The notes under the pieces were generated by a model, which was not told where the DNA came from, did not search any database, and saw only the letters and a list, made by a program, of their open reading frames with translations. Position numbers and translations under genes: made by a program. From the NCBI GenBank assembly GCA_030141605.1, contig JAQGDQ010000780.1, forward strand, positions 53,965-96,380: a stretch of DNA of 42,416 nt, written 5' to 3'. This document shows positions 1-11,870 of this stretch, piece after piece. Origin of the DNA: Tubiluchus corallicola. Taxonomy: Eukaryota > Animalia > Priapulida. Every line of letters starts with the position of its first letter. Position 1 is the stretch's first letter.

Positions 1-400
1 GACACTGTGCCATAACAATAACTCCCAGTCTGTTAGACACTGTGCCATAACAATAACTCCCAGTCTGTTAGACACTGTGCAATAACAATAACTCCCAGTC
101 TGTTAGACACTGTGCCATAACAATAACTCCCAGTCTGTTAGACACTGTGCCATAACAATAACTGCCAGTCTGTTAGACACTGTGCCATAACAATAACTCC
201 CAGTCTGTTAGACACTGTGCCATAACAATAACTCCCAGTCTGTTAGACACTGTGCCATAACAATAACTCCCAGTCTGTTAGACACTGTGCCATAACAATA
301 ACTCCCAGTCTGTTAGACACTGTGCCATAACAATAACTCCCAGACTGTTCGGCATTGTGCTATAACAATAAGTCCCAGTTCGTTAGACACTGTGCTATAA
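1..400. repeat. 35-bp minisatellite, about 11 copies, truncated by the window edge
   Basis: Unit GACACTGTGCCATAACAATAACTCCCAGTCTGTTA recurs at 1, 36, 71...; degenerates after about 340. Confidence 0.95.
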
Positions 401-464
401 CTTGTAGCACTTAAACATATGCACAATTAAACATATGTTTAACGTACGTAATGCATAAAAGCGG

Positions 465-860
465 ATGCACATAACGTACAAAAACATGCCTGCATAATGT
501 ACAAAAACTGTTGCACATAATGTACAAAAACTAGTATGCATAATGTACAAAAACATGTGTGCATAATATACAAAAACTAGTATGCATAATGTACAAAAAC
601 GCAAGCACATAATTTACAAAAACATGTGTGCATAATGTACAAAAACATGTGTGCATAATGTACAAAAACTAGTGCGCATCATGTACAAAAACATGTGCAT
701 ATAATGTACAAAAACACAAGCACATAATTTACAAAAACATGTGCGCATAATGTACAAAAACATGTGCACATAACGTACAAAAACATGTGCACATAATGTA
801 CAAAAACATGTGCACATAATGTACAAAAACATGCGCATACAAACGTTAAAAAAACATGGC
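465..860. repeat. About 23-bp minisatellite
   Basis: Variants of ACAAAAACATGTGTGCATAATGT in tandem; explains ORFs 395..610 and 614..838. Confidence 0.9.
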
Positions 861-1516
861 CAAACTTTAAGTGTAGACTATATAATTATCATTGACCAAT
901 AACAACAGCGACAGCGACAGCGAGAAGAGAAATATTAATTAATAAAAGTAGAAACAAAATCTAAGCGCTACTTTTTATACAGCGGTTATAAAGCCATAGC
1001 GCACGATCAACATGCGAACCTGTATTTAACGTAAATAAGACAGCTCATCCATTAGGACAAGCAATTAATGACATTTCTAAAACCTCTGTCAGAAATGTAA
1101 TACGTTCATACAAATGAGAAAGTACTTTTGCCCAGAGGAGGAAAGCTGTTGCATCCGGTTAATTAGTTTAGTACCACTACTTGTCACTAGAGGGCATGTT
1201 TACCTGCCTGGGACATGTACCAGTTAATTGATGCAAGAAAGAGACCTTGTGACTGGGAGAGCGGGTCAAAGATCATGAGATAATTTTTTAAGGATTATAA
1301 AGACCCAAAGCTGGGCATAGAAGACGGTCTGAATGTTTTGTAGATATATGACCTTGAGGTCCAAGCCTGAATAACTGGAATTAAGAGTGAGGGACACTTT
1401 TTGAGTGAAAATATGGCACCATCAGTTCTAGTAAAGACTAAACACGATAAAGAGTTAACTGAGAGTAAGTCATTTGGCAAAAATTGTTTTGAAATAGTGT
1501 GAGGTACTTGAGAATA

Positions 1517-1636
1517 TGGAGAGAGAAAGACAGGAACTTAGAAGGGGAGAGAGAGAAAAAGAGAAAGTGAGAGGAGAGGGAGAGAGAGAGAGAAAGAGAG
1601 AGAGAGAGACAGATAGATACATAAAGAGACAGAGGC

Positions 1637-1675
<39 letters not shown>

Positions 1676-1698
1676 CAGATAGATACATAGAGAGACAG

Positions 1699-1766
<68 letters not shown>

Positions 1767-2160
1767 ATAGATAGAAAGAGAGAGACACAGGCAGAGAGAG
1801 AGAGAGATAGAAAGAGGGAGTAAGAGAGAAAGGGGAAGAGACAGAGAAAGGCAGGAACTTGGAAGGGGAGAGAGAGAGACAGTGAGAAAAAGAGAAAGTG
1901 AGAGGAGAGGAGAAAGAGAGAAAAACAGGGAGGGAAAGAGAGAGAGAGGTAGGGAGAAAGAGAGTAAGAAAGGGGGAGAGAGAGAGAGACAGAGGCAGAG
2001 AGAGAGAGAGAGAGAGATATATAGAGGGAAAGACAGAGAGTAAGAGAGAAAGGGGGAGAGAGAGGGGAGAGAGAGTGTGTGTGTGTGAATGAGAAAGGGG
2101 GAGACAGAGGAAGAAGAGGCAAAAAGGGCAAAAAAGAAGGGACAAATAAGACACAAATAA
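1517..2160. repeat. GA-rich microsatellite / polypurine tract
   Basis: (GA)n runs and degenerate purine sequence; source of the SL/ER low-complexity ORFs. Confidence 0.95.
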
Positions 2161-2809
2161 ATAATAAAGAAAAAACACAGAATTACCAATAGAAAATATA
2201 AATATAACAAACAAACTACATGAAGAAATAACACCTGCAGATTACGTAATTACGCAACCACAACATGTTGAAATACATCCTGCTTCACCTACTAAACAGC
2301 ATCATAAATCATGACCATGCTCACACACAACCTCTGAACACCCCTAAACAAGTTCAAAGGAGGCAGAGATCGTGTAGAAGATAAAACTGATCCTGTTTTA
2401 TGTACATTTGTTCCGTTTATGATCTTATCAACAACACTTCAATGCATGAATAGTAATGCCATCTTACTTACAGACCTCACCTACGTGGAGGTGAAAGCTC
2501 ATTAACAATAGTAACTATGTCAATGTAACTAATACCAGCAACATTACTTTAGTCAACTGTTATTGTGTGTTCAGTTTAAACATAATTTATTTAGGATTGG
2601 ATCAGACAGTTTGAACAACATGATTTAGGATCCTCACCACAACAGACTTTATACACTATTTACAAAAACATTTACAGTAAGAATAGACTATAACTACACA
2701 AGCTGATAAGTTTTACTACAAGATTACATTAGACATTAGTAGAAAATGACGGTTAGTAAATATTGATGTACGAATATTTAAGACTGATGAATTTCATATC
2801 AGATAGAAA

Positions 2810-3090
2810 TTACTGGAAGCATTTAGTACGTAATATAAAGTCATGTATACATTGGAATATTTTACAGTTAGCAACATGGTTAAATTCATCTTTACCGAAT
2901 AATAACAACTTCAACAGATCATTAGTTCCTAAGGCAGCTATATTAAGGTTTTCGGGCAGAAGTATTTCATTTAATTTATCAAACACAACAACCCTAGCTA
3001 GTAGATACAATGGGCAGTGCAACAAAAAGTGTTCAAGAGACTCAAATCGAAATCCACAGTTATTGTGCGTTTTCCCAGTAAATGTCCTGA
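2810..3090 (-). mobile_element. 3' end remnant of a non-LTR retrotransposon ORF2 (CR1-group-like)
   Basis: HCPLYLLAR...LLKLLLFG...NCKIFQCIHDFILRTKCF* resembles the CPxY..R / LLLYG..N..IF..FI..TKRF tail of invertebrate CR1-group LINEs (recognised by eye). Confidence 0.65.
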
Positions 3091-3339
3091 ATTACTAAAT
3101 GGACGCTGAGAGACACTGGCAAACTTTGGCAACAGCATCTAGGATGACCGGAAAACGACTTTCATGATGACGTCAGTGACAGCTGTTAAGATGATGTTGT
3201 TGTAGCCAGAAGAATGGAATGAATGATTAAGCATTTCACCAACAAGAACGAATTTGAAATTAATGCAGGAAGTGCCTCTCAGTAAAACTGCTAACCATGA
3301 ATCAGCAAGTAGGTGAGCATATGAGACGGGTAACCAAAT

Positions 3340-3780
3340 AAATTATGGAATTCCCGAACCGCAATGTCAGGTTATAATGACCGACAGGTAATCGTTACGA
3401 CATCAAAGCACTCCAGTTCGCCGATAACCAAGAAGGATGTAAAATAAATGAAACATCAGATAGCAAAACCTAATTTCGTTGTCAAATGGACCATTTTATG
3501 AGCTACAAACAGGTGGTTTTACATCCCGATGACGAAAGGAATTTGAGCAGATATCCTTGAGGAGTCACAAGGAATAGCCTTGAGCAAGACTGGATGTCTC
3601 AGTAGGGGACGAGGTAACGGTTAAGAAGTTCAATAGAAAACCTTGGCATCATTTTTTTATCAACAGAACCACGCCTAAACAGCACTGGGTGCAAACAGGA
3701 ATCTGGCTACTACCCACTCTGACTTAAACAGATCAAAATTTAACACTTGCTTATCAATGCGTCAACATTGTACATGTTTG
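3340..3780 (+). mobile_element. Highly degenerate reverse transcriptase fragments (L2/CR1-like LINE)
   Basis: Frame-broken motif remnants in the expected order: NYGIP (~3341, cf. GVPQG), LQFADN (~3411, cf. YADD), IENLGIIF (~3634), IKILTLAYQCVN (~3731). Confidence 0.45.
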
Positions 3781-4051
3781 ATGTTATTAAACTGCCTTCG
3801 GGTAATAAAACGTTTTTAATGTTGAACTACATGAATTTTTATGCTGGTTGCAATGCCAGAAACCTTTCATATGTATGAACTGATTAAAGCCGTGAGCAAT
3901 GTGCTTTGGAGGACAATAATTTGCAAATGAGAACAATGACGACAGAATATCTGTACACTCATGAATTATTTTTTTGTTTTTGCTTTGGGTGGCTTTGCAT
4001 TATATATTCGGCTACGTGAGCTTCGGCAACTGTTTTTTAAAACCAGAAATG

Positions 4052-4052
<1 letters not shown>

Positions 4053-4112
<60 letters not shown>
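4053..4112. repeat. (AT)n microsatellite
   Basis: Direct reading. Confidence 0.95.
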
Positions 4113-4114
<2 letters not shown>

Positions 4115-4399
4115 GGAAAAAATTAATAATCTTTATTTGCCGTAAAAATACATTGATAATCACTGATAAAAACTTTACAGAGATGATCAATCAGTGTTAG
4201 TTAGTAAAAACTTTCACTGCTAAAGGCAAGTGCGTCAGTGTAATCTAAACTACTGTGCAGTAATGGAAAGTAACGACGAATAAAATCAAACGTATTTACA
4301 ACTATGCACAAAAAATGAAAAAAACTATGATTTAATTAATATGGCCGTGGATATATGAATTCTGAATTAGTGTGTATGTTGTCGTACTGGTGTGATGGT

Positions 4400-4686
4400 A
4401 TTTCACATCTGGTTAATATTAGTGATTTTAATTTTGTTTTAAATGCTGATAGGGACTTGATTTGTTTAACCTGTAATGGTAGAAAATTCCAAAGTAGAAT
4501 TGCTTGTTTGATTACAGAGATTCCATCGTGGGTATTTGTCCTAATTTGTTTTAGATTGCTTGTTCTGGAATTAACGATAGGATTTGGAAAAAAGCTAAAT
4601 CTGTTATTCTGGAATGGTTTGCTGATGTTGTTAATGTATTTAAATATAAAAAGCAGAGGGTCACACAAAGATTTTAAAAATGGCAC
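4400..4686 (-). mobile_element. 3' end remnant of LINE ORF2 (L2/Crack/CR1-like)
   Basis: RTN...QAILLWNFLPLQVKQIKSLSAFKTKLKS matches the typical LWNxLP...SL..FKxKLK C-terminus. Confidence 0.7.
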
Positions 4687-5106
4687 CTACTGTTGCCCTA
4701 CCTGGCACGTGGTATTTAGGGTAAAAGTGGAGTAATAATAATCTTCTGTTATGTAGTTGCAGATTATTTACCGTCAGTCCAAAAGCTCTTCGGAACTTAT
4801 GTTAATTATTGATCCAAAAAGCAAACTTTCAATAATGATTATTGTTTTTATATATTATTATTATTAATTTATTATATTATTATTTCATGTCGACAACTGA
4901 AAAGTGTAATAATAATAGTTTGTAATTAAAGCTGTTTTAATAAAATTTGAAATAACATGTACATTAATGTCTGTATTTGTAGAAGATATACATATGAGAA
5001 TTTTGTTTAATAGATCTTGAGAGACTGACAATGTCAGTAATTGGACTGACTTTGATATTTAATGTATCTTATTCAAAATGGGCAACTAACTATCATGTGG
5101 ACAATT

Positions 5107-5847
5107 ATTCCATTCGAAGATCAAGTGATCGAGTAGCCATTTTAAAGCGGAAGTGTTGAGGAAGCACTGGGAACGAGGTTCATTTCAATATTGTTCCTGA
5201 TCGTGTTTCTTTTCTCCATTACAGCAAGTTATTAGACCTGCACACCATTCTATTCAAAGATCAAGTGACCAGGCGGCCATTTTAAAGCGGCAGTTGAGGA
5301 AGCACTGGGAACGAGGTTCATTTCATTATTGTTTCTGATCGTGTTTCTTTTCTCCATTACAGCAAGTTATTAGACCTGCACACCATTCTATTCAAAGATC
5401 AAGTGACTAAATGGCGATTTTAAAGAATCAGTTGAGGAAGCGCTGGGAACAAGGTTCATTTTAATATTGGATATATTTAATAAATTGTTTCTGATCGTGT
5501 TTCTTTTCTCCATTACAGCAAGTTATTAGACTTGCTCACCATTCCATTCGAAGATCAAGTGACTAAGTGGCCATTTCAAAGAATCAGTTAAGGAAGCACT
5601 GGGAACGAGGTTCATTTCAATATTGGATATATGTAATAAATTGTTTCTGATCGTGTTTCTTTTCTCCATTACAGCAAGTTATTAGACTTGCACACCATTC
5701 TATTCAAAGATCAAGTGACCAGGCGGCCATGTTAAAGAAACAGTTGAGGAGCACTGGGAACAAGGTTCATTTCAATATTGGATATATGTAATAAATTGTT
5801 TCTGATCGTGTTTCTTTTCTCCATTACAGCAAGTTATTAGACTTGCA
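5107..5847 (+). repeat. 138-156-bp tandem repeat, 5 copies, each with a strong 3' splice site
   Basis: TGTTTCTTTTCTCCATTACAG|CAAGTTATTAGAC, with AG ending at 5224, 5362, 5518, 5674 and 5829. Confidence 0.9.
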
Positions 5848-5967
5848 AACCAGACAGGCAGAGATGACACTGAATACTGACAACAATGAAAATGTCCTCG
5901 GTCACAAAAACACGGTAAACAATAGAAACGATTTCACAGAAGAGTTTAAGCCTCCTACGGGTAGAAC
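5830..5967 (+). CDS. Candidate internal exon of an unidentified gene
   Basis: Strong acceptor, donor AC|GTAAGG, 138 nt, phase 2-2, open frame KLLDLQTRQAEMTLNTDNNENVLGHKNTVNNRNDFTEEFKPPTGR; no recognisable homology. Confidence 0.35.
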
Positions 5968-6134
5968 GTAAGGTGTTGATTCCGGTTTGATTCACGGCAA
6001 GCAAGAAGTTCAATCTTGACGTATCTGAAAATAATTCCAGCAAGTCACAGACAACAATTGTAAGAAATTTGTCCTTCAAATCGGTAACTTCAAACGTTTC
6101 TCTTGCAAAAATGCCTAATATTGGTGCAATGTGT

Positions 6135-6517
6135 CATACATGTGAACACCATACATGTGAACAGCATACATGTGAACAGCATACATGTGAACACCATACA
6201 TGTGAACAGCATACATGTGAACACCATACATGTGAACAGCATACATGTGAACACCATACATGTGAACACCATACATGTGAACACCATACATGTGAGCACC
6301 ATACATGTGAACACCATACATGTGAACATCATACATGTGAACATCATACATGTGAACACCATACATGTGAACATCATACATGTGAACACCATACATGTGA
6401 ACAGCATACATGTGAACACCATACATGTGAACGCCATACATGTAAACACCATACATGTGAACACCATACATGTGAACACCATACATGTGAACAGCATACA
6501 TGTGAACAGCATACATG
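6135..6517. repeat. 15-bp minisatellite, about 25 copies
   Basis: CATACATGTGAACA(C/G/T) tandem; produces the HTCEH and related repeat ORFs. Confidence 0.95.
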
Positions 6518-7015
6518 GGTTTTCCTAACTTGGGTTTATATGTTTCATAACTTTTAGTTCCCACGCATCTCTCGATTTTCCGTTGATGTGAGAATATTTA
6601 CGACTCTTCCACTGCTGTTCAATGCTGCTACAGATCTACAGATGAAGTTCAAGTGTTTCAGGAAATGTACTTGATCATTACCATTTGGTAAGGTTGAAGA
6701 AATGGATGCCTGCCCGACCGACAACTTAATTACACATGGCTGCCGGCTAAACTAATTTGTACGCAAGAATGAAAGAAAATTTATGGGTCTATTTTTGCTC
6801 GTTTTCAAGGATGTCTAGTTTTCAAACATCTTTGTTTAGTTAATAGATGCACAGCAAAACATTTGATATGGAACTTCATCAAAACATGATGCTGCCACTG
6901 TTAATCAATTTTACTGAGTTGCATTGCAGATAAAATATATTTTTATACATAGAATGTGTAACTAATATGAATTTCTGAAAGCCTATTTAAATCACCTATT
7001 AATCAAGATAAGCTC

Positions 7016-7529
7016 GAGTGTGAGAAGTAAGAAGTGAAAATGAGTTTTTGTATGAAAAGTAAGTATTCAAGATGGGATTGAGTGTGAGAAGTAAGTATTC
7101 AAGATGGGTTTGAGTGTGAGAAGTAAGTATTCAAGATGGGTTTGAGTGTGAGAAGTAAGTATTCAAGATGGGTTTGAGTGTGAGAAGTAAGTATTCAAGA
7201 TGGGTTTGAGCGTGAGAAGTAATAGTATTCAAAATGGGTTTGAGTGTGAGAAGTAAGTATTCAAGATGGGTTCGAGTGTGAGAAGTAAGTATTCAAGATG
7301 GGTTTGAGTTTGAGAAGTATTCAAGATGGGTTTGAGCGTGAGAAGTAATAGTATTCAAGATGGGTTTGAGTGTAAGAAGTAAGTATTCAAGATGGGTTCG
7401 AGTGTGAGAAGTAAGTATTCAAGATGGGTTCGAGTGTGAGAAGTAAGTATTCAAGATGGGTTTGAGTGTGAGAAGTAAGTATTCAAGATGGGTTTGAGCG
7501 TGAGAAGTAATAGTATTCAAGATGGGTTA
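7016..7529. repeat. 32-bp minisatellite, about 15 copies
   Basis: GAGTGTGAGAAGTAAGTATTCAAGATGGGTTT, period 32 (7080, 7112...). Confidence 0.95.
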
Positions 7530-7974
7530 CTTACAAGCTCAAATGAACAATAATGCATATGACAGGGGTAAAGCAACACTTCCTCTCCCTGTTTTAGTGC
7601 AGGAATGTACTAAGATGCATGATTCAGATTGGGAGGAACTGAGGACCTCGCACGCAGTACAGCAAGTGTCATTTACAAGCTCAAATGAACAATATAGCAG
7701 GTGTGAAACAACACACTTTCTCTCTCTCTGCGATTGTACTATCAAGATTGATTTCAACACAAACAGAGCAGAATAATTCTGACAAATCTCACTAGAGGCG
7801 CTGACACACATTACACGGCTAATTATACACTATGCCGTTCTAATTTCAGCAATCTTCAGGGTTCAAGGCACTTTCTCTTTTACTAAAATTCTCCATTAAA
7901 GGAAAGAATAAGTTAATTTGCATAATGGATTTATCTTATTGTTATTGCTTAAACTTAGAAAAAATAACAAAGAA

Positions 7975-8041
7975 ATGCAGCTCTGAGAACTGAACTAGTT
8001 CCAAATTTGAGACGAGTACGATGACCCACTGCACCATGGAC
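7975..8041 (-). mobile_element. Possible degenerate tRNA-derived SINE head
   Basis: Minus strand TGGTGCAGTGG (A-box-like) followed about 30 nt later by AGTTCAGTTCTC (weak B-box); no complete cloverleaf. Confidence 0.25.
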
Positions 8042-8074
8042 AAGATAGGCTTCATTTAGTAAAGTTTCTGGTAG

Positions 8075-9108
8075 TTTGGGTTGCCTGATGTTTAAATGAA
8101 CCTCCCCATCTCAAGTGACACGATATTAATTTTACTTTGGGTTGCCTGATGTTTAAATGAACCTCCCCATCTCAAGTGACACGATATTAATTTTACTTTG
8201 GGTTGCCTGATGTTCAAATGAACCTCCCCATCTCATGTCACACGATATTAATTTTACTTTGGGTTGCCTGATGTTCAAATGAACCTCCCCATCTCAAGTG
8301 ACACGATATTAATTTTACTTTGGGTTGCCTGATGTTCAAATGAACCTCCCCATCTCAAGTGACACGATATTAATTTTACTTTGGGTTGCCTGATGTTCAA
8401 ATGAACCTCCCCATCTCAGGTGACACGATATTAATTTTACTTTGGGTTGCCTGATGTTCAAATGAACCTCCCCATCTCAAGTCACACGATATTAATTTTA
8501 CTTTGGGTTGCCTGATGTTCAAATGAACCTCCCCATCTCAAGTCACACGATATTAATTTTACTTTGGGTTGCCTGATGTTCAAATGAACCTCCCCATCTC
8601 AAGTGACACGATATTAATTTTACTTTGGGTTGCCTGATGTTCAAATGAACCTCCCCATCTCAAGTCACACGATATTAATTTTACTTTGGGTTGCCTGATG
8701 TTCAAATGAACCTCCCCATCTCAAGTGACACGATATTAATTTTACTTTGGGTTGCCTGATGTTCAAATGAACCTCCCCATCTCAAGTGACACGATATTAA
8801 TTTTACTTTGGGTTGCCTGATGTTCAAATGAACCTCCCCATCTCAGGTGACACGATATTAATTTTACTTTGGGTTGCCTGATGTTTAAATGAACCTCCCC
8901 ATCTCAAGTCACACGATATTAATTTTACTTTGGGTTGCCTGATGTTTAAATGAACCTCCCCATCTCAAGTGACACGATATTAATTTTACTTTGGGTTGCC
9001 TGATGTTTAAATGAACCTCCCCATCTCAGGTGACACGATATTAATTTTACTTTGGGTTGCCTGATGTTCAAATGAACCTCCCCATCTCAAGTGACACGAT
9101 GCTAATTT
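8075..9108. repeat. 61-bp minisatellite, about 17 near-identical copies
   Basis: TGGGTTGCCTGATGTTCAAATGAACCTCCCCATCTCAAGTGACACGATATTAATTTTACTT; shifts 1 nt per 60-nt line. Confidence 0.97.
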
Positions 9109-9299
9109 CATAGCGACCTACGCCTGGTCTACGACAAGCATTTTGTTCAATTGTTGTTTTTTTACTAGAACAGCGTGGGTAACACGGATCTCACGAACTT
9201 GATGAAAAAAATTTCTGAAACGGTTTACAGGCATTCGTACTGTGTAGTCATGTCACGAACATGTTCCTGTGATATAGGCAAGGCAAGGTAGAGAGAGTG

Positions 9300-10200
9300 A
9301 AAGGATGAATGGATGAACGTACAAATGAATGAACGAATGAATGAAGAAACGCATAAACGAACGAATGAATGAATAAATGAAAAGCGAATGTTTCAATGAA
9401 CGAATGAATGAAGAAACGAACGAATGAATGAATAAATGAAAAGCGAATGTTTCAATGAACGAATGAATGAAGAAACGAACGAATGAATGAATAAATGAAA
9501 AACGAATGTTTCAATGAACGAATGAATGAAGAAACGCATAAACGAACGAATGAATGAATAAATGAAAAACGAATGTTTCAATGAACGAATGAATGAAGAA
9601 ACGAATGAATGAATGAATAAATGAAAAACGAATGTTTCAATGAACGAATGAATGAAGAAACGAACGAATGAATGAATAAATGAAAAACGAATGTTTCAAT
9701 GAACGAATGAATGAAGAAACGAACGGACAAAACGAACAAATTAAGGACGGACTCACTGACTGAACGAATAAAAGGAATAAACGAACGAACGAATAAACAA
9801 ATAAGCGAACGAAAGAACGTAAGAATAAATAAACGAAAAACGAACGAATACACGAATACACGCATGAATAAATGAACTAATAAATAAATGAACAACAAAC
9901 AAATGAACGAATAATTGAACAAACAAATGAACGAATGAATGAACGAACCAATATATGAACAAATGAACGAACGAATGAAACTAGCAGCAAATGAACAAGA
10001 GAATGAATGAATAAAAAACAAATGAATGTACGAATGCATTAATGATTAACGAGCAAAAGAACGAACAAACAAACAAACAAATTAATGCACTAATAGATGA
10101 ATAGACAAATAAACTAATTCACGAATAAACTAAATAACGAACAAATGAATGAACGAATCGATGAATGCATGAATGAACAAAAAGACCAATAAGCAAAGTG
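9300..10200. repeat. (GAAT/GAAC/AAAC)n degenerate tetranucleotide tract with a 59/67-bp higher-order unit (~9330-9725)
   Basis: TTTCAATGAAC anchor at 9391, 9450, 9509, 9576, 9635 and 9694. Confidence 0.9.
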
Positions 10201-10423
10201 AAAAAGTTACACACTAACAAATGGAGCACATAATTGATGAATGCAAATAGTGACAATCAACGCTCACGAACCAATTAAAGGAAAAAGCAACAAAACAAAC
10301 AGGTGATCAAACAAAAAATAGAAACTCGAAAATTGACAAACTGATAACATCATTACCACACAAACGAACAGTTTGCCTCGCAGTTTTCTCAAATTTAAAG
10401 CAGCCTTATTTCCATTTATTAGA

Positions 10424-10491
10424 CATATTATATAAACACAGGCATATTATATAAACACAGGCATATTATATAAACACAGGCATATTATATA
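10424..10491. repeat. 19-bp tandem repeat, about 3.5 copies
   Basis: CATATTATATAAACACAGG. Confidence 0.85.
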
Positions 10492-10833
10492 CGTGACTTC
10501 GATCCTAAACAACCTTTGTATCACCACACAAAATACATAGACCTACAGGGTCGCCGCTGCCATTGTCATTATTATCATCACTGCCGCCACCACCATCATC
10601 ATCATTATCTTTATCGTCATCGTTACTATTTTAGAAATGATGCCTAGAATGTCTAGAAACTTGAGAACAACGTCTACACAGAGGTACTTGCCTGGACTAT
10701 ACACTAATGTAGAAAAGCTTCTTAAGATTTAATTACACGAAGGCCTAATATGTCTCTGTCACAATCTAAACACCGTTATGAAAATTTCTCAACACACGCA
10801 CGAACATCTAAAATAACTGTAAAACAATGAGTC

Positions 10834-11217
10834 AAAAATGCCCATGAAACTCCGAAAATGCTTTATTTTTTCTTTAGAAACTTTCGTCTCACACAGAATT
10901 CATCAGCTGCACAGAAAGATACAATAATAAAATTACACATAACACAAACGTGCACAATGTCAGTAAAATGTAAAACAATCGGTATAATTTGTACCCTTCC
11001 TTTTACTGACATTGTGCACCTTTTACTGACATCGTGCACCTTTTACTGACATTGTGCACCTTTTACTGACATCGTGCACCTTTTACTGACATTGTGCACC
11101 TTTGTTCTAGATGTAGTTTCATCTGTTATTTTTTTATTCCATCTTCTGCGCAGCTGATGAAGTCCGAGAAGACGAAAAGAAAAAATAAAGAATGTTTGAG
11201 ATTTATGGGCATTTTAA
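10834..11217. mobile_element. Foldback (about 135-bp imperfect inverted arms) with a central 20-bp tandem repeat; possible Penelope-like pseudo-LTR relic
   Basis: 10834-10968 is the approximate reverse complement of 11081-11217. Both arms carry CTGATGA..GAC-GAAA. CCTTTTACTGACAT(T/C)GTGCA x4 at 11019-11101. Confidence 0.6.
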
Positions 11218-11398
11218 CTTCTTCTTTTATTATTATAACCATCGCAGATCTCAGATGAGCACTATCTTATTTACAATCTTCACTGACACAGACATTTAAC
11301 TACATCACCATACATCCCAGTCATTTCACTCTTCACTTCAAATTACCACTAAACTTATCCCTGATGCAGTTCTTCCAGGCCTAGTTCTTAACTAACAG

Positions 11399-11497
11399 CT
11401 TGTCCAGAACGTGTGCGTTAAGTGACCGCTATCCCAGTTACTCCCACGCACTGGACAATGGCCAGAGCGCAACCAGCTGTGTTATTGTGGATGGCAG
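11399..11497 (+). CDS. Candidate internal exon of an unidentified gene
   Basis: CTAACAG acceptor, CAG|GTAAGC donor, 99 nt, phase 2-2, only one open frame (LSRTCALSDRYPSYSHALDNGQSATSCVIVDG), GC-richer than its flanks. Confidence 0.3.
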
Positions 11498-11870
11498 GTA
11501 AGCAGTTGACCTACCTTAACCAGCTTACACGCTGCTCTGACCTCCAGACACCCTAGATATGATTGTGACCTGTACGGATGAACAATACATTTCCTATCTA
11601 TGGTCTAAACATCAACAACCATAGATACGTAACATGCACAGATCGACAATACAGCTTAACTAAATGCGTATAGAGAAGTTCTACAGCAAAGGGAAGAATT
11701 AGACCTACTGTAGAAAGAAAAAGTGCCGGTTTGAAAAAAATACATTTATTGTTTCTTCTCTAGTTTGCTTCAGATTTCAATTTCCTGTTTTCTAACTTGG
11801 TGTGTTTCAGCTGTTTCATTTCTGCATATCAAACTAATGCAGTCAGCTTGAATTTCGCTGAAAGCTTTAA

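Noticed and set aside
1438-2234. Long SL/ER-rich ORFs (also 27855-28140)
   Set aside because: Translations of (GA)n microsatellites.
3400-3470. Minus-strand AG|G FCYLMFHLFYILLGYRR as the missing VOPP1 TM exon
   Set aside because: Poor acceptor, stop after about 22 codons, and it lies antisense within an RT remnant.
6069-6557. HTCEH-repeat ORF resembling a His/Cys metal-binding protein
   Set aside because: The 15-bp repeat is open in several frames on both strands, the ORF starts at TTG, and there is no supporting gene structure.
1-9108. CRISPR-like regular repeats (35, 32 and 61 bp)
   Set aside because: Head-to-tail units with no unique spacers, no cas genes, eukaryotic context.
8075-9108. 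CTGATG plus hairpin in the 61-bp unit as a hammerhead
   Set aside because: Reads CTGATGT rather than CTGANGA, and no GAAA follows the stem.
9393-10039. Hydrophobic F/S/I/H-rich minus-strand ORFs
   Set aside because: Antisense translation of GAAT/GAAC repeats.
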